From NCBI GenBank assembly GCA_964036045.1, contig OZ038378.1:82646001-82710000 (forward strand): a stretch of DNA of 64,000 nt, given 5' to 3'. Below the pieces are notes generated by a model that had not been told where the DNA came from, made no database searches, and saw only the letters and a list, made by a program, of their open reading frames with translations. Shown one piece after another: positions 1-14,300 of this stretch (its first letter is position 1; each line of letters begins with the position of its first letter). A program made the translations under genes and the position numbers. Source of the DNA: Eutreptiella sp. 'Long Island Sound 2002'. Lineage: Eukaryota; Protista; Euglenida.

Positions 1-11
1 GTGCGGTAAGG

Positions 12-1816
12 GTGGTGCCGGCCATTGGCCGCGCCAAGGTAACGCCCCTGGTGGTGCAGCCCACAGCGGTTGCCATTTGGGCCCTGCTACCCTTGACGAC
101 GGCGGTGCGGCTGCACGGCCTCTACCACGGTGAATTTCGGGACATGATCCCGGAGTGGGGCTTCGCCCAGGTCACCCATGAGCCCCACCGGGCCGAGTGG
201 TGGCAGCATTGTTAGGAGGCGGCCGTGCATTGCGTGGCCTTGGTGAGCTGCACGGTCCACGAGGCCCACTAGGCGGGTGCCGCGTCCATCGTGGCGCGCG
301 ATGGGGTGCAGCGGGTCCCTGCGATGTACCATTCGCCAACAGCCCGTAACTGGCCGTTTGAATGAGCGCGTGAATCGGACCCCATTTTTTGGTGTTTTGC
401 TCAATAAGTGGTGCCACTTTGCCTGTTTGCCAAGCCATTTTCGCAAGGTTGTAGGGACTATCCATGCCTTGGCTGCCTTGGTTGATAACATTTGGGGCAC
501 TTGAGAAAAACAAACATGTGACTAGACCGTGAACGGACCGCGAATGGTCGTGTGAATTGGAGTGTGATTTTTAATGGTTTGTGCACATGGCGCCACTGTG
601 TCCCTTTGTTGGGTTTGCTTTGCACCAACGTGGGCGTCGCTATTCTCTACCTTCATGCGCAAACAAAACGACAAACGGACACAATGCCACCAAGTAGTGA
701 GCAAAACACGAAAACCATGAATCGCCCATTCAAACGGCCAATTCACGAAGGGTACACAGTGGTGCACGTCTAGGTGGGTAGCAAGGCAGCCCCCACCGTG
801 GCAACCGTGCTGCAGCCCCTCCGTTGCTCGAAGACTAGCCTCACTTTCCCGGGAACCTCTGTGCAGGGTGTGGTGCGGATCGAGCGCCAGCCCCGGGAGA
901 TGGCAAACCCGGAGGGGTAGACTGTGCTCCACGGTGACACATGCTCAAGCTCGTGTGGGAGCGCCTACTGGAGGAAGATGAGCGGGAGACATCCGAAATC
1001 CTCGACGTGGACCCCGCTCTGGTGGACCCCTTGCTATCCACAATGCACATCGTATGTGTTCTAGACCCGGCAGTGATGGCGGACACTGACGTGCGTCGGC
1101 TCCATGTGGCCTTGTTCGGCAAGGACCACTCCCAGCGGCACCTCAAGACGCTGATGGGGGCTGCCCTTCGGAACGCCCGACCAATGCAAGCGGCAGTGCA
1201 GGGGTCGAAGGTGTAGGTCGCCACGAACCTCCCGACAGAGGTGGCGCCGCTGGTGCTACGCGCCAATGGTAAACCCTCGGTTGTCCACTTCTACCCATGG
1301 CTTGTCATTGGCTCCGCTTGCCAGCACCCCGCATACGTGCTGTTGTTCAAGCAGCCGCCGGAACGTCGTAGGCCCTTCTCGGAGGTTTGGAAGACACTGG
1401 CGGAGGACCAAGAAATCCAGACGCTCTTTGCAGGGCTGCTGGATGGTGGACTGCCTGGCAACGTGCGGGTGCACCTCTGGGGGGACCAAGCCGGCGAGCT
1501 CCGCGGTGGTGGCGCACATGGCGAAACTGCTTGGCGCGCCAGCCCCCTCTCAGACCACCTCCATCCGGGTCCGGGCCTATCAGTGCAGCTGGGCTTGGCG
1601 GTGCACAACTATGCACAGCTCCGTCGCTATGCCAATTACGCCTTTGGGCCGGAGGTGAACATCCGCATCCACCGTTGCACCGCACCCGGCTGGCCCGCAG
1701 CATCCTCGACCGGCTGGTCTTTGACGTCCTACTTGAGGTTGTGCCCGAAGACTAGCAGGGTGTGCTGCTGGGCGCCCCGAACACCCGCCTCCCTAACCGC
1801 CTGTGGGAGCGGATGA
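12..1816 (+). pseudogene. LINE ORF1 remnant (unknown fold), copy A
   Basis: Collinear peptides shared with copy B: WALLP...HGLYHGE vs WALLP...HRLY*GE; DVDPALVDPLLSTMHIVCVLDP vs DVDPAPLDSLPSTVRVVCLLDP; QLGLAVHNYAQLRRYA vs QLGLAVNEYAHLRRYA. Interrupted by a MITE and stop codons. Confidence 0.7.
329..752. mobile_element. MITE-like TIR element with TA target duplication, inserted in LINE A ORF1
   Basis: TA at 327-328 and 753-754. Left end CCATTCG..GTAACTGGCCGTTTGAATGAGCG; reverse complement of right end CCCTTCGTGAATTGGCCGTTTGAATGGGCG. AT-richer than its flanks and absent from the homologous position of copy B (~26200). Confidence 0.75.
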
Positions 1817-3862
1817 CCCGTAGCTCCCGCCGGGGGCTGTACTAGCCGGTGGTCCCGAGGGCTCGAATGACGCACCCTGCGAATTCCGTGGATCACATTG
1901 GTGACCTGGCCATGGCCACCCCGCAGTCGGCAGCGATTGATGTGGACAAGCAAGGTGAAGATATCATTTAATGTTCTTAGTCTCCCACGTTGTGGCACTC
2001 TGTGTATGGATTGCTGCTTGCCCTCAGTGGCTGGCCCCGGGGGGGGGGGGGGGTGGCACGGCAAGCAGGCCCCCTGCTGCGTCACCGAGCACGCCCGGTG
2101 CTGCTGGTGGTGGTCATGGCGGCAGTTTGCGCCGCGGCAGCCTCCCCCCTGCGGGAGCCTCATTGACCGGATCCTTTCCTCGGCAGGAGGTCGTCTATAC
2201 GCCCACAACGCACGAGGGCGCCCCGGGGCGAGGTGATGGCCCTAGCTCCCTCGTGTTGGGAGTAGTGGAGGGGGTCAAGCCGATAGTGTCAGGGGGCCCC
2301 ACTCTAGAGTGGGGCGGTGGCAGTGTGGCAGGGGACCCAGCCGCAACACCGCGCCTATCCCCCACGCCAGGCGTGGCTGGGACTGGTCAAGGGGCACTTC
2401 TCCCCTCCCCCCCCCTTGGGTGGGAATGCGATAGGAGACCGGGCGGACATGTTGCACCGCCTGATGTTGGAGCTACCGGGAGGGGGCGACAGACAGTCGG
2501 GTTCAATCCCCTTCCCCCCCCTCCCCCCCTACGTCCCGCTGCATTGGTCTCTTTGCAGCATACACTGCCCACCCGCGCGTTCTTTTGCTCATGGCGCGAG
2601 AACCCCGTCGCCAACGCGGCCGGTAGCAAGGCCGACGGCGAGTAGCCGGGCACCAGGGCCCGCCCCTCCAACTCCCCGAGCACGGGCGGCGGCACGACGG
2701 CTTCGCGTTGCTATGGTGGTGGTACAGCCAGGCTGCCCGGTCGTTCCCGGACCTCCCCCGGCGACGAGGGTGGGCCGGCACCACGTGCGTCCTCGCCCCC
2801 CGTCGAGAGGTTTTGCCCGGGGGTCTTGCGCCTCTGGGACCTCCTCGCCGGGGCGCGTAAGGGGCGGTGGCAAACCCACCACAAACGCGCAGACGGCCCC
2901 CTGTGGCCGTCCGCTCTAAAGGGCCTTTTGGCCCCAAGTTATGGACGAAGTGGCCCACGGTTGCTCAAGCTCTGCAATGGATGTACCCTTGCGGCCTCTT
3001 TCCATGCGCCGTGGGCCGCAACGACCGGAGCGCCGGCCTCTTGTACACGTGGCGCTGGTACGTGGCGCCACTGTGGCACGAGTTGACCGGCGCACCGATG
3101 TGGAGGCGGACCCGCCAAGGCGGGACACTGGAGCGTTGGGACCCCCCCAACTGCAGGCACCTCCGCCGCCGCCGCCTCCTCGCGCTCTTCGAGGCGGAGA
3201 CGGCGGCTGTTAGGGCCCACGCCGTGGCTTGGACTGGTGGGGCCAGATGTGGCACAACGACCCCGCCCGCCAGCCCTCCCCCCCACGTTGACCCCTCGGC
3301 GACCTGGCGGGTTGTGGCCACGGAGGTGCACGCCCTTCTCCCCTGGCTCAACGACACCCGGTTGCCACCATGCTGGAGGCGCGCGAGGTCTGTGCTACCA
3401 TCTGGTGGCCGGACGTCCACCGCCCTGTCCGCCCCGACCCCGCCGGGACTTCACCTACCAGGCGGCCTGCGAGGCTAATCGCCTCGCCGAACCGTGGGAG
3501 CACGGTTGCCTCGCGTGGACTTGAGCCTCCCCCTCCCTACCGCCTGCTGGCGGCAGTGGATTGCAGCCCCCCCCCCCCCCATGCCGCCTTCCCCGCTGCC
3601 CGGCATGCCCACCTTGGACCGATGACCTTCGCCTTTTTGTCCCTAGTGTTGCGGGCCCCTACGGCTGAGAAGCTGCCATTGACCAATAGGCATGCGTTGC
3701 AGCCCCTGGTGTGGCCTCTTTTTTTTTTCCCTCCAACCGCCGGACGTGGCATCCTTGGGTGGGTCGAGGACTCCCCCCCTCCCCCCCCTCCCTACGGTGA
3801 TGTAATAATGATTCTGCTTTCCCCGCTTGGAGTTTGACGACATAGCCCCCCCCCCCACCCCG

Positions 3863-4700
3863 CTATTGCGATGCGGTGACGTGCATCCCCACCGGGGGCC
3901 GCTGTGTGTGGCGCAAGCCAACATCACGTCCTTGCGCATGCAGTGACACACGGTAGTCGGATGGCAGGCACGGATGGTCCTCCTCTCCGAAACCCGCTGG
4001 ACGACAATAACCCAGCAGGTGATGCGCTCCCGTGGCAGGCAGGGGCGTCGGGGTGGCAGGCCTTTTGGGGCGCCCCTCGGGAATTCCGGGGGGGTGGGGG
4101 GGATCGGGGGCATCTGGGACGCACCGCCGGCGGGGTCGGCATCGTCGTGAGCCAGGGCATTCCAGCAAGATAGCTGCTCGCGCCCAAAGGGGCTTCGCGG
4201 GGGGCGCTGGCGAGGCCTTGCGGCACTCCATCCGGTGGTGCCGTGTCCTAGTGGGCTTTTGACGGGGTCATAGTCCTTGCACACCTAAGCGGCTCACGGC
4301 AATCCTTTCGGCCGGGCCCTAAATGCGGCCTTCTCGGACTTGGCCGTCCAATATGCGGCGCGATGCAAGGTGGCCCCTCAGCTTGACCACGGTGACCTCA
4401 ACTTTGACCTCAACAACCTGCTGCGGGCCCCGCCGTGCGTCGTGGCGGCCCTCCTTTTCCGCAGTGTGGTGGACGCGGGCTTTTGGCTCGCGCGGGCCGC
4501 TTGGGGAGCCCCCCTCTGCTCTTACCCAGGACCGGAGGGCCTGCCGCCCTCACGCATTGACGGGCTGCTGGTCGATACGCGGCTGGCGGCACCACTCCGT
4601 GCGGCGGAGGTGCTCCCGTGCGGGGCCATACCAGGCCACACCGCGGTTCGCTTCGACCTACACCTGCGGGTGGCCTCCCGGCACGTGGTGAAGTTCGTTC
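3863..4700 (+). pseudogene. APE/EEP endonuclease region of LINE A ORF2, preceded by a 2A-like motif
   Basis: LLRCGDVHPHRGPLCVAQANITS, then LSETR-like and GGVGIVV motifs, DLNFDL and PSRIDGLLVD...GHTAVRFDL (EEP-type C-terminal motifs). Homologous to 29783-31250. Confidence 0.75.
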
Positions 4701-5699
4701 GCCCCCGGCCAATTGAGCTGGCGCCCTTAGAGGAGCACCAACGACTACTCTTGGTGAACCGCCACGTGGACCCCTCAGAGGTCGGTTGGCGGACAGCCCT
4801 GGCCACGGGTGACGTGGACCGGGCATGTGCTTTCTTGACCACGGCGGCCGACGAGACCCTTCTCGCCCTCTCCTGCCCCGATGTCACTCCGGACACGCTA
4901 CCGGGGGCCGCCCTACGGCTAAACCTTCGGCACCTGCCCCGGGGCAAGGGAACCAACGAGCTGCTATGCGAGGTACGCCTGTGCCCAAAGGAACGACGGG
5001 ACACCGGGGGACCGCTCACCTGTCCCTTGTTGCGCTTTCAAGCGGCCCAAGTGCCCCTCTGGGAAGTGCTCCGCTCATTGGAGTGGCTGGCACACGGCGT
5101 GGGCGCCCTGCCGCACAGGGTTCAGCAGGCGAGAGGTCACTCCGGCACCGCCTCGACCGGCTCCGTGCACTGGGGCCGACCTACGCCGGCTTCGAGGTGG
5201 GCAGCACGCACGATCATATTTGCCCCGCTCGAGCCACTGCGTTGCCTGTGCACGACGCTAGTGGGCATGGCGCTAGCGACTCTTCCGGCCGCGGACAAGC
5301 AGCGCCCGCAGCGTTGGCACGCGTGGTTGCAAGAGGCTTGGTCCTTTGACTAGGAGGCGGTGTGCTGGTGGCTCAAGGACAAGTCCTGCGCCCTGCCGGT
5401 AACCTTCCTCTCGGTGCCGAATGAAACCGTCACGGCCAATGTGGCGGACATACATGGCCTCGTGGAGGAAGCCTCGCGGCTAGTAAACCGCAAGGATGCG
5501 GTGGACTCCGAGTAGGATGTGGCGACCTTCCTTCGCCGGTATAGGCAGCATGTCTAACGTGGCCCAATGATTGCCTCGTGGCTGGATGGCTGCCGCCTAC
5601 GCAGGGTACTCTCCCGCATGAGGCCCTGAGCCCTGGGGCTAGACGGATGAAGTTTGGTTAACCTCTGCTCCTTTGCCCATAGGCTGCTAGTCTGGCAGA

Positions 5700-6600
5700 C
5701 TGACCTCCCGCGGGAACCGGAGCGCTTGGGCCAGTGGTCAGCCATCCTGGCCGAAGGCTGCACGGCCCTCATCCCAAAGGAGGGCCTCCAGGGCCCATGA
5801 ACACCCGCCCGCTCACAGTGTTGTTCATGCTCTACTGGTTGTGGGCAGGCCTGCGCCTCGCCGACTCCATCGCGTGGTAGCAGTCCCAGGCCCAACCACC
5901 AACCCCCCGGCCAGGAGTGCCCTGGACGGGGCGCGATCACGCAGGTACCTTTGGAATTCTGTCACCTCCGGGGACGGGCAGTGGCGTGGATGAGCGTTGA
6001 CTATGTCAAGTGCTTCGATCTCATCCCCTAGGCGGTCGTGTTGGCCATGGCGTTGGTGCCGGGCATGAACCTGGGCACGTGCCGTGTCATGGGCGCCATA
6101 TACAAGCAGCTTTGCCGGGCCTTCAAGATCGCCAGGCCCCTCGGCTGCTGATGCCGTGCCACGAACTTTGATGTCCAAGGTTGCCCGCTGTCGGCGATCG
6201 TGATGAATGTCCTCACCACGATGTGGAAGTTCGAGGTGGACTTCGTGCGATCAAAGGTGTGCGCACGGACCGCCACTTTGGCCCTGTCTTGGACGAAGAG
6301 GGGGCGGCCGACTTGGAGCCCCCCCCCCCCCCCCCAAGGACGCGGGTCGCGGCTACACCGTGCTGGGGTCGTCAGGCTATGCGGATGACACACAGGCGGT
6401 GGCCTTGGGGGCGGTGTCCCTTCAGGGGACGGTCCCTACAACACATTAGTGGCTACACATCACAGGCCAGAACGTGCCCGGGGACAAGTGTTGCTCCTGG
6501 GTCCAAAGGGAGAAGGGCGCCCCGGCGGTCTTGCTCCGCGGCATCCCAATCATGTCAACGGAAAACTTCCGCCAACTCGCGTTGACGTCGCCATTAGGGG
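5700..6600 (+). pseudogene. Reverse transcriptase domain of LINE A (disrupted)
   Basis: RPLTV..LY.LWAG, DYVKCFD, QGCPLS and YADD motifs. In-frame stops at 6029-6031 (TAG) and 6149-6151 (TGA), and a frameshift in a C-run at ~6320. Confidence 0.9.
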
Positions 6601-9156
6601 CTCCAGGGCGACGTGACCCGTGTTGTTCTGGCGCTTGGAGGCGGGCCGGAGTGCTCTAGGCCGCCTCCCCCATCTCTCCACCTATGACCGCTGGGAGCGG
6701 GCCGTTAGCACGCTGGTCACCCCGTTGGCGCTCCACGGAGTGGCGGCTGCCTCCATGACGGACCCCAACCTGCGAGGATTGCAAACCGCGTTTCTGTGGG
6801 CCCAATGGGGGGGCACGCGCCTATTCCGGACCAAGGACATTGTCTTCTCGGTCCAATCCAAATGTCACCGCGTCTCACCGGTGATGCACACGCGGTACAA
6901 GCGCGTCTGTTGGCTAGCTCGGATGGCCCGGCGACCGGGAGTCACGCAACTCCTCGCCTAGGCCATCTGGTAATCGGGTGGCCGCCCACCCGCGACGGGC
7001 CCCGGGTGGCGCGCGCTCCTGACGGCACCCACATTTGGGTGCAGCTTTGGCCAGGGCTAGTGGTGCTAGGACGTTCGAGGGGAGCATTCCCTGCTGCATC
7101 TTGTGTAGGAGCCCATCCGCCAGGTTATGCACCGCCCTACGGGACCTCCGCTGCCATGCCTCACGCCAGCTGCGGCCGCGCGGCGGTGCGGGTCGCCTCC
7201 ACCAAGCTGGAGAGGCTGCTGCTACGCGGCATCATGGCGGGGGGCTTGTGGACGGCGGCACGGGTCTCCAGCCACGGTACGTGGACCCGCTCGGCGTGCC
7301 CCCACTGCGCGGCGACGCATGAGGACGAAGTCCACATCTAGCGGTACTTCCCAGAGTGGGAGCGGGCAGAGGAGACATGGAGCCCTTGGCTGCGAGACAC
7401 GTCGGAAGCCGTCGCCCAGCTGGGGCCGCTTGACCAGCGACCTGCGTGCCTGCGGATGGCAGGCCGCTTGCCTCTCCTACCCACGCAGGGGATCGAACGG
7501 TGACTCCTGGACGAGTTTCCGTACCGCGTGTACGGCATGTACCTTGCGGTCCTCGCTGCCCGCCTAGCGGCGGGCGAAGGGGATGTGGTTGGCCCCGGGC
7601 ACTCCTTGTTCCCGCACCAGTTGCGGCCTCGGCCACGGAACCCTTTCCTCTGGGATGATTTCGTTTGCCCTCTTTTGGGGGATGCGGACCGCAACCACAT
7701 GCGCCTGCCGCCATGGGCCGGGCCGGGCTTGCGGTGGCCTCAAGAGTTTGTCCGGGACGTGGCTCCGTGGGACCGGACACTAGCTCGTGGACCGGGGCTG
7801 CCGGAAGCGTTGTGGGCACTGTTGGCTTTGGATTACGAGACCTTTGTGGGGAGGGCACTCCCGGCCTCCCCGGATCACCATTTGCGAGGCACACGCCTCT
7901 TGCTGTCGGAAAGGGCCCAGGTCGTGCGCAAAGCACTGGGGCTGCTGGAACGCCACCTGGCGGCAAGGAAACTGCTCCGCGGGGCCCCCCTGGGGCGGTG
8001 TCGCTCTATCCTTCCCTTGGGGGCACGCGTGTGCGCGGGCCTATTTGGCTGCCCGTTCTGCTCACCATGCCACGAGGTGATGCCAAGCTTATGCGCCCGG
8101 CAACCCATTGCCGGGACACATGGGTCTGGCGCCTGCGGACGACGGCATGCATACGGCGGTCCCCAGGCGACCGCTTCCTCATGAACTCCCACCCCCGCCC
8201 ACCCCATGGGGGTCCGCGGCTCCTACCATGCGGCAGGAGGCCCCCCCCGAGCGTCCCGCTCCCGGTTTGCCAACGCCGTCGCCCACCGGGACAGGGCAGC
8301 GGCACCTCGGGAACACTCTGCTTCCAGCAAGGGGCACCCTTGTGCCCCCTTTGCAATAGCTTGGGGTGGGGCACTAGCCACTGTTTCTGCACAGGCCATG
8401 AGGGGCACGGCGGCCCTGCGGCGGTCCCGCGGTGCCCAACAGCAACACCTATGGTCGCGCCGGAACGCCAAGTCCTCATCTTGCAAGCTCGTTGCGTGGG
8501 GGCGGCGGCATTATGTGCTTGGCTAGGCCGGGCGCGCCCGGGTTCTCAAGCTCTCCCGGACACGGGCCACCTAGCAGCCCGCCGATGCGCACCGCCGCCC
8601 AAGACGCCGGGGGCCCATCCTTCCCCGGCCCTGGGGTCCGAGAGCCCTAGACACCCGAAGCGGCCCAAGCCTCACTTCCCGAGTGACCATGGGAGGCCCT
8701 GTGGGGCAACCCCTGCCGCCGGCAATTGAGCCCCCGACGGCGCTCCCGAGCTATGTGTGTAGCGACCTAGTCGGCTATCAGACATGAGACATCACACTTT
8801 TATGGACCATCACTACCCTAAGCATAAACCCACCTCCCCCATCCCCCCTTGTGGTGTAGTACACCCCCCCCCCCAGTGGAAGATGCCCCCCCGTGGCCCT
8901 TCCCTAGTCCTTCCACCCCCCCCCCCCAACTCATGAGTGCTTTCTTGCATCAGGAAGTATGGAAAATGATTTGGAAAATACGCCCCGCTTGACGTTGTGT
9001 GTTTGTGTGTAGGAAGCATGGAAACTCTACCCACTCACTACACTCTTCGAGGTGTAGATTTTTGTTTTGTGGCTTCAACCCTAGCGTTGTAGGGCCATCA
9101 GACACCATTGCAAACTAAACCGACAGATTTGCCGCATTTATAAGCATACGTCCTTG

Positions 9157-9161
9157 CACAC

Positions 9162-9238
<77 letters not shown>
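9157..9238. repeat. (CA)n microsatellite; paralogue at 14807-14851
   Basis: Direct reading of the sequence. Confidence 0.95.
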
Positions 9239-9240
<2 letters not shown>

Positions 9241-9541
9241 TTGACATAGCGTAGGCACTGTGGGGGTGCCCTTGCTTCAAGCCTTGGTTCGGGAGGGGGG
9301 TGCCTCTCCTTTCTTTACATGTTTTTCACCGGGGAGGGGGGAGAGTTGAGAGAATTGCCGGGGGGGGGGGGTTTAGTCACGGGTGCCGGAGGGTGTTCTT
9401 GTCTCACAGGTGTTTCTTTTCATGCAAAAAACTGACAACAATAAAATAATCATTTCACATTTTGCAGGTGTGCCATGCTATGCTTTGCCGTGTTGTGGTG
9501 TGTCTCTGTAGGTCCCCGTACGTCCGTAAGCCGGTTAGAAG

Positions 9542-11346
9542 CCCCCCGCAATCCATTTCATAGCCCCCTCCCATCAATTACATAGCCCCCCCCCCATCAA
9601 TTACATAGCCCCCCCCCCATCAATTTCATATGCCCTGCCTATCGATTTCATGCCCCCCCCCTATCCATTTGATGCCCCCCCCCCACGTCCATTTCATAGC
9701 TCCCCTATCAATTTCATAGCCCCCTCGCATCCATTTCATAGCCCCTCCCACATCCATTTCATAGCCCCCCCTATCAATTTCATAGCCCCCCCCCCCATCC
9801 ATTTCATAGCCCCTCCCGCATCGATTTCATAGCCTCCCCCCATCAATTTCATAGCCCCCCCCAATCAATGTCATAGCCCCCCCTCCATCAATTTCATGGC
9901 CCTCCCCCATCAATTCCATAGCACCCCCCCCCATTGATTTCATAGCGCCTCCCCCATCAATTTCACATGCCCCCCCTATCAATTTCATGCCCCCCCCCCA
10001 CCCATTTCATAGCCCCCCCCACATCCATTTCATAGCCCCCCCTATCAATTTCATAGCCCCCTCCCATCCATTTCATAGCCCCTCCCACATCCATTTCATA
10101 GCCCCCCCCTATCAATTTCATAGCCCCCCCACGTCCATTTCATAGCCCCTCCCGCATCAATTTCATAGCCTCCCCCCATCAATTTCATAGCCCCCCCCCA
10201 TCAATTTCATAGCCCCCCCTCCATCAATTTCATAGCCCCCCCCCCATCAATTTCATAGCACCCCCCCCATCAATTTCATACCCCCCCCATCAATTTCATA
10301 GCCCTAGCCCCCATCAATTTCATAGCCCCCTGCCCTATCAATTTCATAGCCCCCCCCCCCATCAATTTCATAGCCCTACCCCCATCAATTTCATAGCCCC
10401 CCCCCCATCAATTTCATAGCCCCCCCCCCATCAATTTCATAGCCCCCCCCCATCAATTTCATAGCACCCCCCCATCAATTCCATACCCCCCCCATCGATT
10501 TCATAGCCCTACCCCCCATCAATTTCATAGTCCCTTGCCCTATCAATTTCATAGCCCTCCCCCCATCAATTTCATAGCCCTACCCCCATCCATTTCATAG
10601 CCCCACCCCCATCAATTTCATAGCTCCCCCCCATTCAATTTCATAGCCCCCCCCCCCATCGATTTCATAGCCCCACGCCCTATCAATTTCATAACCCCCC
10701 CTTTATCCATTTCATAGCCCCCCCCCCATCAATTTCATAGCCCCCCCCCCATCCATTTTATAGCTCCCCCCGTCAATTTCATATGCCCCCCTATCAATTT
10801 CATAGCCCCCCCCCCATCAATTTCATACCCCCCCCATCAATTTCATAGCCCTACCCCCATCAATTTCATAGCCCCCCCCCCCCATCAATTACATAGCCCC
10901 CCCCCATCAATTTCATAGCCCCCCCTCCATCAATTTCATAGCCCCCCCCCCATCAATTTCATAGCACCCCCCCCATCATTTTCATACCCCCCCCATCAAT
11001 TTCATAGCCCTACCCCCCATCAATTTCATAGCCCCCTGCCCTATCAATTTCATAGCCCCCCCCCATCAATTTCATAGCCCTACCCCCATCAATTTCATAG
11101 CCCCACCCCCATCAATTTCATAGCTTCCCCCCATTCAATTTCATAGCCCCCCCCCATCAATTTCATAGCCCCACGCCCTATCAATTTCATAACCCCCCCT
11201 TTATCCATTTCATAACCCCTCCCCCATCAATTTCATAGCCCCCCGCCCCCATCCATTTCATAGCCCCCCCCCGTCAATTTCATATGCCCCCCTATCAATT
11301 TCATAGCCCCCCCCCCCATCCATTACATACCCCCCCCAATCAATTT
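9542..11346. repeat. C-rich ~20-bp satellite, consensus (C5-9)ATCAATTTCATAG, array 1
   Basis: Continuous tandem units CCCCCCCATCAATTTCATAG with a variable C-run and variants such as ATCCATTT and CTATCAATT. Confidence 0.95.
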
Positions 11347-14300
11347 GGAGCGCTTGGGCAAGTGGTTGGCCCGCCTGGCCGGGGGCTACATGGCCCTCAT
11401 TTCCAAGGAGGGCCTTCCAGGGCCCATGAACACCCGCCCGCTCACAGTGTTGCCCATGCTCTACTGGCTGTGGGCGGGCGCCGACTCCATCGCGTAGCAG
11501 CAGTCCCAGGCCCAACCAGCTACCCCCCGGCGAAGAGTGCCGTGGACGGGGCGCGGCGACGCAGGTTCCCTTGGAGCTCCGTCACCTCCGGGGGTGGGCA
11601 GTGGCGTGGATGAGCATTGACTATGTCAAATGCTTCGATCTCATCCCCTAGGCGGTCGTGTTGGCCATGGCGTTGGAGCCGGGCATGGACCCGGGCACGT
11701 GCCGTGTCCTAGGCGCCATGTACAAGCAGCTTTGCCGGTCCTTCAAGATCGCCAGGGCCCTCGGCTGCTGATGCCGTGCCACGAACTTTGATGTCCAAGG
11801 TTGCCCGCTGTCGGCGATCGTGATGAATGTCCTCACCACCATGTGGAAGTTCGAGGTGGATCTCGTACGACCAAAGGTGTGTGCACGGACCGCCACCCTG
11901 GCCCTGTCTTGGACGAGGAGGGGGCGGCCAACTTGGAGGTCCCCCCCCCCTCCAAGGACGCGGGTCGCGGCTACACCGTGCTGGGGTCGTCAGGCTATGC
12001 GAATGACACACAGGCGGTGGCCTTGGGGGCGGCGTCCCTTCAGGGGACGGTCCCTACGACACATTAGTGGCTACACATCACAGGCCAGGACGTGACAGGG
12101 GACAAGTGTTGCTCGTGGGTCCAAAGGGAGCAGGGCGCCCCGGCGGTCTTGCTCCGGGGCATCCCAATCCCGGCAACGGAAAACTTCCGCCAACTCGCGT
12201 TGACGTCGCCATTAGGGGCTCCAGGGCGACGTGACCCGTGTTGTTCTGGCGCTTGGAGGCGGGCCGGAGTGCTTCACACCGCCTCCCCCATCTCTCCACC
12301 TATGACCGCTGGGAGCGGGCCATTAGCACGCTGGTCACCCAGTTGGCGCTCCACGGAGTGGCCGCTGCCTCCATGGCGGACCCCAACCTGCGAGGATTGG
12401 AGACCGCGCTTTTGCGGGCCCCATGGGGGGGCACGCGCCTATTCCGGACCAAGGACATTGTTTTCTCGGTCGCATCCAAATGTCACCGCGTCTCACCGGT
12501 GATGCACACGCGGTACAAGCGCGTGCGTTGGCTAGCCCGGATGGCCCGGCGACCGGGAGTCACGCAACTCCTCGCCTAGGCCATCTGGGAATCGGATGGC
12601 TGCCAACCTGGGACGGGCCCCGGGTGGCGCGCGCTCCTGACGGCACCCACATTTGGGTGCACCTTTGGCGAGTGCTAGTGGTCCTAGGACGTTTGAGGGC
12701 AGCATTCCCCGCTGCATCTTGTGTAGGAGCCCATCCGCCAGGTCATGCACCGCCCTACGGGACCTCCGCGCCATGCCTCACGCCAGTTGCTGCCGCGCGG
12801 CGGTGCGGGTTGCCTCCACCAAGCTGGAGAGGTTGCTGCTACGTGGCATCATGGCGGGGGGCTTGTGGACGGCGGCACGGGTCTCCAGCCACGGTACGTG
12901 GACCCGCTCGGCGTGCCCCCACTGCGCGGCGACGCATGAGGACGAAGTCCACATCTAGCGGTACTTCCCACAGTGGGAGCGGGTACAGGAGACATGGAGC
13001 CCTTGGCTGCGAGACACGTCGGAAGCCGTCGCCCAGCTGGGGCCGCTTGACCAGCGGCCTGCCTGCCTGCGGAGGGCAGGCCGCTTGCCTCTCCTACTCG
13101 CGCAGGGGATCGAACAGTGACTCCTGGACGAGTTTCCGTACCTGTACGGCATGTACCTTGCGGTCCTCGCTGCCCGCCTAGCGGCGGGCGGAGGGGATGT
13201 GGTTGGCCCCGGGGACTCCTTGTTCCCGCACCAGTTGCGGCCTCGGCCACGGAACCCTTTCCTCTGGGATGATTTCAATTGCCCTCTTTTGGGGGATGCG
13301 CACCGCAACTAGCTGAGCGTGCCGCCATGGGCCGGGCCGGGCTTGCGGTGGCCTCAAGAGTTTGTCCGGGACGTGGCTCCGTGGGACCGAGCGCTAGCTC
13401 GTGGACCGGGGCTGCCGGAAGCGTTGTGGGCCGAGTTGGCCCTTGATTACGAGACCTTTGTGGGGAGAGCGCTCCCGGCCTCCCCGGATCACCATTTGCG
13501 AGGCACGCGCCTCTTGTCCGGGGAAAGGGCCCAGGTCGTGCGCAAAGCACTGGGGCTGGTGGAACGCCACCTGGCGGGAAGGAAACTGCTGCGCGGGGCC
13601 CCCTAGGGCGGTGTCGCTCTATCCTTCCCTTGGGGGGACGCGTGTGCGCGGGCCTATTTGCTTGCCCGTTCTGTTCACCATGCCACGAGGTGATGCCGCA
13701 GCTTATGCGTCCGGCAACCCATTGCCGGGACACATGGGTCCGGCGCCTGCGAACGGCGGCATGCATACGGCGGTCCCCAGGCGACCGCTTCCTCATGGAC
13801 TCCTACCCCCGCCCACCCCGTGGGGATCCGCGGCTCCTACCATACGGCAGGAGGCCCCCACAAGCGCCACCCTCGAGCGTCCCGCTCCCGGTTTGCCAAC
13901 GCCGTCGCCCACCGGGACAGGGCAGCGGCACCTCGGGAACACTCTGCTTCCAGCAAGGGGCACCCTTGTGCCCCTCGAGCAAGGGGCACCCTTGTGCCCC
14001 CGTTGCAATAGCTTGGGGTGGGCACTAGCCATTGTTTCTGCACAGGCCATGAGGGGCACGGCGGCCCTGCGGCGGTCCCGCGGTGCCCAACAGCAACACC
14101 TATGGTCGCGCCGGAACGCCAAGTCCTCATCTTGCAAGCTCGTTGCGCGGGGGCGGCGGCATTATGTGCTTGGCTAGGCCGGGCGCGCCCCGGTTCTCAA
14201 GCCCTCCCGGACACGGGTCCCCTAGCAGCCCGCCGATGCGCACCGCCGCCCAAGACGCCGGGGGCCCATCCTTCCCCGGCCCTGGGGTCCGAGAGCCCTA

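Larger units (their letters stand above)
1..8775 (+). mobile_element. Decayed APE-RT non-LTR retrotransposon (LINE), copy A; begins upstream of the window
   Basis: ORF1-like fragments at 12-1816 are homologous to 25880-27120. Endonuclease start LLRCGDVHPHRGP-LCVAQANITS at 3863-3930, plus 'AGGVGIVV'. RT motifs TRPLTVLFMLYWLWAG (~5800), VDYVKCFDLIP (~5995), QGCPLS (~6177), GYADD (YADD 6378-6389). C-terminal CPHC...EDEVH finger at ~7296. Many stops and frameshifts. Confidence 0.9.
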
